Positions 35,361-41,865 of a stretch of DNA of 52,154 nucleotides are shown piece after piece. Each line of letters opens with the position of its first letter. Position 1 is the first letter of the stretch. The position numbers were made by a program, and so were the translations under genes. Location of the stretch: positions 1-52,154 of the forward strand of contig JABHRR010000075.1 in assembly GCA_018670095.1 (NCBI GenBank), read 5' to 3'. The notes beneath the pieces were generated by a model, which was given only the letters and a program-made list of their open reading frames with translations, had not been told where the DNA came from and did not search any database. Origin of the DNA: Candidatus Woesearchaeota archaeon (GTDB taxonomy: Archaea > Nanobdellota > Nanobdellia > Woesearchaeales > GW2011-AR9).

Positions 35361-35717
35361 TTATTTACCTTGATCACAATAACCAATGTTCTGTATTTGT
35401 TTTAAGTTTTCTAAACCCCTCATTTCTCTTAAAGGATTTGAATGAGGGATCCCATGCATTTTTATACTATAAACGGGTTGATTAGTTATGAAATCAGTTC
35501 CAATTTTCTTAACAACGGTTCTGCTCTCATAATTTCCGAAAAAAGTTTCTTCTTCTTTTTCTTCTACTAAATTACCTAAAGAAGGATTCATTACTTCCAT
35601 TAATCCTAAAGCTCTATCTAATCTTTCTTCTTCAGTTTCTCTTATTAATCCATTTGAAGTTAATTCATTTGGATCATAATTAATTGTTAATCCTTTTATT
35701 GTTTGTTCTTGTGTCAT
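35361..35717 (-). CDS. Hypothetical protein, paralog of 35049..35357
   Basis: KIGTDFITNQPVY aligns with KVGTDYMTNQPIY in the neighbouring gene. Confidence 0.55.
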   Translation of the reverse strand: MTQEQTIKGLTINYDPNELTSNGLIRETEEERLDRALGLMEVMNPSLGNLVEEKEEETFFGNYESRTVVKKIGTDFITNQPVYSIKMHGIPHSNPLREMRGLENLKQIQNIGYCDQGK

Positions 35718-35732
35718 TTTTTATTTACCTCA

Positions 35733-36161
35733 TTATCTAGCAGTTTGATGATCTTCTTTAACCAAATTTCCTTTAGGATCATATTCTGTATGTTCCATTT
35801 TCCATCTGCCACCGAAAGGTTCGAAAACTCCATCGTTGTAACATCTTACTTCAGTTTTAGAACCATCAGAATGAGTTTCTCCGAATAATTGTTCTTCAAA
35901 CATACCATCTCCATCGTAATCCATTCTTACAAATCTTTTTGAACCATCTTCAATTCTAACGTAAGTGTTTTTTATTCCTCGATTATCAACGTTTACTACA
36001 CCTTTTGTTAAAATTCCATTTTCAATTGGATTAGTTCCACAGAATTGATTTACATCGTAAGTTGCAGTTGTTGCACAGCCACCTAAAGCAGTTAAAGCTG
36101 TAATTCCAACTAGTAATCTTTTTCCATTATTAACAATATTTTCTAACATTTTCATTTTCAT
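35733..36161 (-). CDS. Lipoprotein of unknown function
   Basis: Signal ...GITALTALGGC. ATGA-type 4-nt overlap with the upstream gene. Confidence 0.55.
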   Translation of the reverse strand: MKMKMLENIVNNGKRLLVGITALTALGGCATTATYDVNQFCGTNPIENGILTKGVVNVDNRGIKNTYVRIEDGSKRFVRMDYDGDGMFEEQLFGETHSDGSKTEVRCYNDGVFEPFGGRWKMEHTEYDPKGNLVKEDHQTAR

Positions 36162-36424
36162 TCATCCTCGTCAATTCGATTATTTCTAAAATATGAACCA
36201 TCAACACGATTATTAAATCCTTGATCCAATAATTCTTGTGGGTCTGGTTCAGCAGCAAAAAATCCAACGCCTAGTTGTTGATAAGTTGTACTTGAATTAA
36301 CTGCACCATTATATGGATTTGTCCAAAGTTCTAAATCTTCGATAACTTCATTAGCTAAATCTTTTTCACGCTTTTCAGCAATAGCGATTTTTTTCATTTC
36401 TTCCAATTGATCAATAGTTACCAT
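36158..36424 (-). CDS. Hypothetical acidic protein (first gene of the small-protein operon)
   Basis: 88 aa. House promoter aaacatttataaatga (reverse complement of 36471-36486) and SD gaggga upstream. Confidence 0.5.
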   Translation of the reverse strand: MVTIDQLEEMKKIAIAEKREKDLANEVIEDLELWTNPYNGAVNSSTTYQQLGVGFFAAEPDPQELLDQGFNNRVDGSYFRNNRIDEDE

Positions 36425-36526
36425 TTTAATATATCCCTCATTTAGGTTAATATTACTCTAGAAGAAACTTTCATTTATAAATGTTTCGCTTATTTCATCA
36501 CTTCAAAGTAACAAAATATAAAAAAG

Positions 36527-36644
36527 AGCCCCTGGTGGGAATTGCACCCACGACCTTCAGCTGTCTGAAATCAAAAATTTCTGAGCAAATCTCACTCAGT
36601 TCGATTTTACAAGGCTGACGCAATAGCTACTATGCTACAGAGGC
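36527..36644 (-). tRNA. tRNA-Thr(UGU) with 45-nt intron at 37/38
   Basis: Acceptor GCCTCTG/CAGGGGC. D-arm GCAT-AGTAGCTA-TTGC. Anticodon stem TCAGC/GCTGA, loop CTTGTAA. T-arm GTGGG-TGCAATT-CCCAC, U73, then CTTTTT. Confidence 0.8.
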
Positions 36645-37250
36645 ATTAATCCTTTTGATATGATAAGGGTTAGAAGATCCAATTAATTCTCTCCATTTTA
36701 AAACTTTCTGTTTTCCGAAGATTGTTACCCTAAAAGCATCTTGGATTTCTCCTTTGCTTTTACAAATATAAGCACCAAAATCAAACTCATTTAGTAGTTC
36801 TTGAACTTGAAGTGCCAAATTTTTACTAATAGTAGTTATTGCAATAACAGGATACTTGTTTCTTTGTAAGTGAATACTTCCATCAGTATCAAATATACCT
36901 TTTATCAATCCTAATTTGCATTCTTTAGTTGTGATTAATGATTTTGGAATTGTAATTTGGCCTTTTTTTCCTACTGGAAAATTAAGTTGATTTTTCAATG
37001 TTTCAAAAATCTCTTTAGAATAGATTGTTAATCTCAAACAATTCTTTTGTTCATAAATATGTGTTTTTGTTTTAAATATATTATTAATTAGGGGTTCAAG
37101 ATGTTTATAATAATATTCTTTATCATTAATTTTATGGCCTGTTATTTGAATCATTTTTGTTGTTCTTCCATAAGAACCAATAAAACCATCTCCAATAAGA
37201 ACACCAATAAACTCAGCAAGTTTTGGACATTTTAGGTTTAAATTTATCAT
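36630..37250 (-). CDS. Double-motif LAGLIDADG homing endonuclease (free-standing)
   Basis: LAEFIGVLIGDGFIG and LIKGIFDTDGSIH. The last 15 nt, including the TAG stop, are positions 1-15 of tRNA-Thr. Confidence 0.8.
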   Translation of the reverse strand: MINLNLKCPKLAEFIGVLIGDGFIGSYGRTTKMIQITGHKINDKEYYYKHLEPLINNIFKTKTHIYEQKNCLRLTIYSKEIFETLKNQLNFPVGKKGQITIPKSLITTKECKLGLIKGIFDTDGSIHLQRNKYPVIAITTISKNLALQVQELLNEFDFGAYICKSKGEIQDAFRVTIFGKQKVLKWRELIGSSNPYHIKRINASVA

Positions 37251-37394
37251 TTTATCAAATCATAATTTATGATGATACAATTTAAAATTAATATTGCACT
37301 AAGCCACTGGGGCAATATCTACTCTTTTATTTACTCTATTTATTAAGTTTTTGGCTGGAAACATTTAAATATTTAATCTCGCCCCAAATTTATA

Positions 37395-38012
37395 ATGGCT
37401 CAATCTATAGATTTCTTATTTTTGGACGATCAAGAATGTATCTTGGAATTACTAGAAGCAAAAGCAGATTTATTAGAATTATCTTACAAATCTTTTGCTA
37501 AAGGAAAAGACGCATTACTTTACTTATCTTCAACAGAAAATTTTCCTAAAGGAGGATTTTCAGACATGAGGCTTCCCGATGTTTCTGGTTATTTAGAAGA
37601 AGGGAGTACAGAATCTTTAGCTCCTGAACAAATGGGTGTTCTATTTCGTAAAAATGAACGACAAATGAATTTTAGATATGTTACTGGCCATATCTCTGAA
37701 AGAGACCGTCAAGTTGCTGATAGAACCGGTTGTAAAATTTTGTGGAAAGGTAGTGCTTTGTTCTTAACAAAAGTTGAATCTATCATGAGTTCTGTTTACG
37801 TTCAAAAGTTGATTGAAAATAATTTATCACTTGTAGCTAATCGAGATGAACCAACTCATTTTCCTCTTAAAACTTTAAACTATTTTAATCGCCATTTAAC
37901 TCCTGAACGTTTAGAAGAAGTTTGTGATAATCTTGTTGAAATTGCTTTTTTAGAAGGGGTTCAGAAAGTTGAAGAAGACAAATATTACTGTTTAAGAGAC
38001 CATTCTAAATAA
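37395..38012 (+). CDS. CheY-like receiver-domain protein (orphan, divergent)
   Basis: LFLDD acidic pair and FSDMRLPDVSG phospho-acceptor context. No kinase partner or clear output motif seen. Confidence 0.45.
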   Translation: MAQSIDFLFLDDQECILELLEAKADLLELSYKSFAKGKDALLYLSSTENFPKGGFSDMRLPDVSGYLEEGSTESLAPEQMGVLFRKNERQMNFRYVTGHISERDRQVADRTGCKILWKGSALFLTKVESIMSSVYVQKLIENNLSLVANRDEPTHFPLKTLNYFNRHLTPERLEEVCDNLVEIAFLEGVQKVEEDKYYCLRDHSK

Positions 38013-38076
38013 TTAATAATCACTTTTGAGACAATAAGATTTAAAAATAACTCTTTCTGACTTTTTTGTCGCACAA

Positions 38077-38108
38077 CCCACTGGTCAAGTGCGGACAAAG
38101 TATATAAA
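38077..38108 (+). promoter_or_regulatory. Copy 3 of the conserved 32-nt promoter/operator module
   Basis: cccACTGGTCAagtgCGGACAAAgTATATAAA. No ATG at the expected +23; the next ORF starts 215 nt downstream. Confidence 0.65.
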
Positions 38109-38283
38109 TTAGTTCCACTACTAGGATCATAAAAAAGAGGTAACGCAAAACCATACAAAAAAACAAAGATTTTTTTGGGGTTCCAGAAAAGTAAAGCTTT
38201 TCTCAGAACCCTCAATAAAATTATTTTGGTAAAACCAATAAGAAATTTAATGGGTTTCGCTAAATTGACTCTTTTTTTACAAA

Positions 38284-38313
38284 CTCTTTGTTTTAATGAA
38301 TAGAAACAAAGAG
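38284..38313 (+). promoter_or_regulatory. Perfect 10-bp hairpin whose 3' arm overlaps the SD of LAGLIDADG gene 2
   Basis: ctctttgttt-N10-aaacaaagag. SD gaggtga at 38311-38317, ATG at 38323. Confidence 0.5.
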
Positions 38314-38322
38314 GTGATTTAA

Positions 38323-39000
38323 ATGAAAATGTCTGGTTTTAAAATGGATGCAGAAATTGCTTACTTTATTGGAGTTCTTCACTCCGATGGTTGTATTTAT
38401 CGTTTTAATGATAAAAAAAGAAAGAGGATACAAATACGGTTAAACTTAACCATTGGTCAGAAATCATTACCTATGGCTTCAGAATTTAAGAGAATATTAT
38501 TTAAGCGATTTGGTAGGACAGTTAATATCAGAAAAGTCCCTAACAAGATTTCTTATATGGTTCAAACATCTATTAATAGGCTTTATTGGTTATTTAAACA
38601 ATGGGAAGACAAATCTATTCCTTTCATTATTTCAAATGACTCCGTTCTTTTTGGATCTTACTTGGCAGGAATCATAGATGGTGATGGTTATGTGAAGCTT
38701 AAGAAACGAGATGGTAAAACTTTCGCATGTCAAATTAAAATATCTGCTGGTTATATTCACTATCAATTATTGGAACAAATAAAATTCCACTTGGGTTGTG
38801 GAGCACATATAGAAAAAGATGTTAATAAAAAAGGGATGGGTTACAGCCATTGTTTTCTTATTTCAAAAAAGAATTATCGATATATTCAGCATTTAATCTT
38901 GCCTTACATAAAAATGCCTTATAAAAAAGAAAGAATTAAAGAATATATAAAAAAATGGGCCTACAGGGATTCGAACCCTGATTTCGGCCATAATCAATAA
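38323..39000 (+). CDS. Double-motif LAGLIDADG homing endonuclease (free-standing)
   Basis: IAYFIGVLHSDGCIY and YLAGIIDGDGYVK. The last 45 nt are antisense to the 3' part of the tRNA gene at 38956..39097. Confidence 0.75.
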   Translation: MKMSGFKMDAEIAYFIGVLHSDGCIYRFNDKKRKRIQIRLNLTIGQKSLPMASEFKRILFKRFGRTVNIRKVPNKISYMVQTSINRLYWLFKQWEDKSIPFIISNDSVLFGSYLAGIIDGDGYVKLKKRDGKTFACQIKISAGYIHYQLLEQIKFHLGCGAHIEKDVNKKGMGYSHCFLISKKNYRYIQHLILPYIKMPYKKERIKEYIKKWAYRDSNPDFGHNQ

Positions 39001-39097
39001 ATGATTATGTCAACCGGTCCGAAGCTTCGGCAACACTTACGTGTTTCGGCCGCACTTTCCGGAGTTTCAGGAACTATCCAGGTTATGCTATAGGCCC
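38956..39097 (-). tRNA. tRNA gene (142 nt) with at least two non-canonical intervening sequences; anticodon not assignable by eye
   Basis: Perfect acceptor GGGCCTA/TAGGCCC, T-arm CAGGG-TTCGAAT-CCCTG and A73. D-arm GCAT-AACCTGGATAG[about 19 nt]GTGC. About 60 nt of hairpins sit where the anticodon arm should be. Confidence 0.55.
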
Positions 39098-39131
39098 AAT
39101 AAAAATGTAAAAGAAAGGGTTATTTTTAAAG

Positions 39132-39584
39132 TTAATGCTTATTTTCAAACTCTTCTAACAATTTCCCGGAATCCATACCCATCGAATATTCCAGATTATC
39201 AATATTTTTACTTGCTACAAAAGAAATAAATTTTTCTTGTTTCTCAGAATCCCAAGAAGCGAACTTTCTTGCCGTACCACATAAATGTTTGATATCGCAA
39301 TGATTCTCTCTTAAATCAGAATCGTGTAATGTTGGATGTAATGGACAAAAAATATTACCATCTTTCTCAATCAAATTTCGACAAACTCCGTGTCTTAAAT
39401 CACTAGGATGTGCTCGATCTCTAAACGAAAGAAATTGTGCTTTCACTCGCGGACTTTTATTTTCAAATTCGATAGTGTTCAATCTAATCGCTTCTTTGAT
39501 TTTCTCCCTAGAGATGAAATCGTGTCCACAGCAGCCCATGCATCCACCGTTGATTTGGCAGAGTGGTGTTAAGTTTTCTGTCAT
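39132..39584 (-). CDS. Cys-rich YkgJ/UPF0153-like zinc/iron-chelating domain protein
   Basis: CQINGGCMGCCGHDF plus CPLHP and HCDIKHLCG. Confidence 0.6.
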   Translation of the reverse strand: MTENLTPLCQINGGCMGCCGHDFISREKIKEAIRLNTIEFENKSPRVKAQFLSFRDRAHPSDLRHGVCRNLIEKDGNIFCPLHPTLHDSDLRENHCDIKHLCGTARKFASWDSEKQEKFISFVASKNIDNLEYSMGMDSGKLLEEFENKH

Positions 39585-39756
39585 TGTTGTACTTTTACTA
39601 GATTTTTTTTTAAAGTTTTTGTTTGTTTATGTGTGATTGTATTTAACATCGCGTTGTTAAATCCCCCGGACGAAGTGAGAGTGCAATGTGGTGCGGAGTG
39701 AAAAGAAGCAAGTTTTTTGTGACCTTGCATAGAAGTTGGCGCCCTCACCTAAGAGA

Positions 39757-40512
39757 TTATTTTTTAGCCTGACTCCATAAAAGATTAAAGAACACTTTGT
39801 AAGTTTGTGCAAAGTTTTCGTCTTTGATTAATAATCCATAAGGTTCTTTTCCGTAAGTAATGAGGAAAATGTAATCATTTAAAACCCCATACTCCGTTCT
39901 CGTAGAAATATCAAGATATCGTACTTCCGTGTGAGGCATTTTCGCACGAACAGAACCCCATTTCTTACTATTATTGTTTATGATTATTTTTAATTTAATT
40001 TTGTCTTTTATTCTTTTTTTATGAACAACATCAAGAAAAAAGCCCTCGATTTTACTAAATGATTCTAGAGGAGCAGAAGCGATGTAATATTCATCTCCAC
40101 TTTTCCACGAATTAATTATTTCTGTGTAGAGAGATTTTATTCCTCTAATACCAGAGTAATATTTGAAATCGCTTAATTTAGATAATTCGGTTGGTTTAAC
40201 TTTAAGTTTGGAAATGAAACCTAGCAAATGCTCTTTTTCTTCCTCTATTTGTTTTTCTTTTTCTTCAAATAGATTAGCTAAGGAATCCGGATCAGAAGCT
40301 CTGAAGACTTTAACGTTATTGACAATCTTAAAATTTACCAAGCCTTTCTTTGAGAGGCTGTTTAAGATAGTATAAATCTGAGAACTTGGAATTTTTGTTC
40401 GTTCACATATTTTTCCTGTTTGACTTTCTCCATGTTGTTGGAGATCTAAATAGGTTAAAGCTTCTCGTTCTGATAATCCTGCTGATTTAAGGGCTTCTAG
40501 GTTATTGTTCAT
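39757..40512 (-). CDS. TrmB-family transcriptional regulator
   Basis: wHTH LEALKSAGLSEREALTYLDLQQHGESQTGKICERTKIPSSQIYTILNSLSKKGLV. Confidence 0.8.
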   Translation of the reverse strand: MNNNLEALKSAGLSEREALTYLDLQQHGESQTGKICERTKIPSSQIYTILNSLSKKGLVNFKIVNNVKVFRASDPDSLANLFEEKEKQIEEEKEHLLGFISKLKVKPTELSKLSDFKYYSGIRGIKSLYTEIINSWKSGDEYYIASAPLESFSKIEGFFLDVVHKKRIKDKIKLKIIINNNSKKWGSVRAKMPHTEVRYLDISTRTEYGVLNDYIFLITYGKEPYGLLIKDENFAQTYKVFFNLLWSQAKK

Positions 40513-40516
40513 ATTA

Positions 40517-40535
40517 CTACTAATGCCGTTAGTAG
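40517..40535. promoter_or_regulatory. 7-N5-7 inverted repeat CTACTAA-tgccg-TTAGTAG, candidate TrmB operator
   Basis: Lies between a shared TATA (aatatttataaac, 40538-40550) and the trmB-like ATG at 40512. A second palindrome GGTTGCAACC lies at 40556-40565. Confidence 0.5.
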
Positions 40536-40594
40536 CGAATATTTATAAACTTTGCGGTTGCAACCACATAGTAAGAAAATGGAGTTAAAAGACA

Positions 40595-41095
40595 ATGACA
40601 AAAAAACAAAATATCAAAACACTGAACGAAATGTTAGAAGAACTGCAACCAACAGGGGTGTTATCAGTAAGATCGCCTTTAGTGAAAGGACGGGACTATG
40701 AGAACTACGAGGCTGAGATAAAGGCACTTTCTCTGTATGCTTCAAAAGGGATTCCCTTTGTTTCAACAACTCCAATGTGGAGTAGAACCACTGATTATTG
40801 TTCTGAGCCAGAATCTGGTGATCTTCCCAAAGTTATAGAAGAATTAAAAGAACAAGGCAGATTGGATGGTATAGACACTGTTACTTTACTTCATGGTTGT
40901 TTATGTTGCTCACAATATGAAGTTAGAAACATATTAGAATTTCTTGATAAGGGATTTGGTAGAGGAAATGTATATGTTGCTGTTCGTGATGATTCTACTT
41001 TAGTATCCAATGTAGAATATGCAGGATATGGAATTTACGGAAATGTAGGGGCATGGGAAGATTTACAAATAGTGGAAAGATTGGTGAGAGTTTAG
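40595..41095 (+). CDS. Hypothetical protein
   Basis: 166-aa ORF divergent from the TrmB gene. No motif recognised. Confidence 0.55.
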   Translation: MTKKQNIKTLNEMLEELQPTGVLSVRSPLVKGRDYENYEAEIKALSLYASKGIPFVSTTPMWSRTTDYCSEPESGDLPKVIEELKEQGRLDGIDTVTLLHGCLCCSQYEVRNILEFLDKGFGRGNVYVAVRDDSTLVSNVEYAGYGIYGNVGAWEDLQIVERLVRV

Positions 41096-41313
41096 TATTG
41101 GGTTTTAGTAGTAGGAGTCAGGCTCTTCGCAGAAGGAAATAATGTCAAGCCGCCAACTTTAAAGTTTTTGTTTTTTTCAACAAAATATTTCAATCTCAAA
41201 ACTGCAAATCGATAAAAAATCTTCTCGGCATGTTTATCATTTAATTGCACTATCCTAATGAGTATAAGTCAGAAAGATAAACAAAAAAAATGAGGGTACT
41301 TCCTCATCAAAAT

Positions 41314-41324
41314 CTCGCTAAAGG
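41314..41324 (+). promoter_or_regulatory. CTCGCTAAAGG box 1
   Basis: Exact 11-mer 19 nt upstream of ATG 41343. Hairpin ATGAGG-N6-CCTCAT at 41290-41307. Confidence 0.65.
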
Positions 41325-41342
41325 GGGAAGTTCTAAAATATC

Positions 41343-41810
41343 ATGTTGGGGTGGAAAGAGAAGCTAAATCAAACAGAGGAAAATGTTTCCTTAGAAACAA
41401 TTGCAACTCTCCAAGATCGGAAGTATGAGCGGTTAGCAGTTTATTCAGATATCGCTGCCGCTGGAGGATTTACAGTTGCTCTAGCTGCTTGTGACACTTT
41501 CCCCTATAACATTTTCTTGGGATTGGGTTTAGCTGTTTCCGGAATGAGTGCAATCATGGGGGACAAATATTCTAACCAAGACTCTGTTGAAGTTATTAAA
41601 AAATTTCAACCTGTAGCAGGGACATTAGCAGCATGTCTTGCAACAGGATATTATTTCCTCGGTGATAATCAAATGGGTACAGTCATGGCTGGCTTGTCTT
41701 TAGCTTGCTATACTTCAACTCTTGCTAATATTCTTCGGGGAAAAAAAGAAACTGATGACCCTCAGTATCGGGGACTAGTGGGGATCCTAAATAAAAATGA
41801 CCCAGATTGA
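41343..41810 (+). CDS. Gly/Ala-rich membrane protein
   Basis: 3-4 hydrophobic helices. 155 aa. Confidence 0.55.
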   Translation: MLGWKEKLNQTEENVSLETIATLQDRKYERLAVYSDIAAAGGFTVALAACDTFPYNIFLGLGLAVSGMSAIMGDKYSNQDSVEVIKKFQPVAGTLAACLATGYYFLGDNQMGTVMAGLSLACYTSTLANILRGKKETDDPQYRGLVGILNKNDPD

Positions 41811-41846
41811 AACTAAAGTTCGGATGTTAATCCATCATTAATATAA

Positions 41847-41857
41847 CTCGCTAAAGG
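41847..41857 (+). promoter_or_regulatory. CTCGCTAAAGG box 2
   Basis: Exact 11-mer. Its 3' end runs into aggtgat (SD-like), 9 nt before ATG 41866. Confidence 0.65.
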
Positions 41858-41865
41858 TGATTTGA

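Noticed and set aside
36495-36501. A C-box-like GTGATGA (minus strand) downstream of tRNA-Thr, and ATGATGA at 37269-37275 (plus strand), as possible C/D-box sRNAs.
   Set aside because: No D box (CTGA) lies within the expected 40-70 nt, and there are no terminal pairing stems.
37296-37316. The minus-strand sequence GCCCCAGTGGCTTAGTGCAAT upstream of LAGLIDADG gene 1 looks like a duplicated tRNA 5' end (compare GCCTCTGTAGCATAGTAGCTAT of tRNA-Thr). That would suggest target-site duplication or a split tRNA half.
   Set aside because: It cannot pair with the 3' acceptor strand CAGGGGC because of an A:A mismatch at 6:67. No D-stem partner follows. The segment is itself a 7-bp palindrome (ATATTGC...GCAATAT), more consistent with an operator in the endonuclease promoter. 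It is kept only as a weak possibility.
37374-37383. TTAATCTCGC upstream of the receiver-domain gene shares 8-10 nt with the 5' part of the CTCGCTAAAGG boxes. 38258-38266 reads tcgctaaat.
   Set aside because: These are partial matches only (the TAAAGG half or the CTC half is missing) and are compatible with chance. They are not counted as box copies.
38989-39008. In the aberrant tRNA, the third hairpin can be drawn with a 7-nt loop ATTTATT, whose centre is UUA (an ochre-suppressor anticodon).
   Set aside because: Position 37 would be a pyrimidine and the arm is not continuous with the D and T arms. TAA, TAG and TGA all terminate well-conserved genes in this window, so there is no sign of stop-codon reassignment.
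39731-41160. An inverted repeat AAGTTGGCG(c/g)C flanking the TrmB gene and its divergent neighbour (39731-39741 and the complement of 41145-41155), as possible element ends.
   Set aside because: Only 9-10 nt match. That is about what chance allows in 52 kb, and there is no supporting target duplication.
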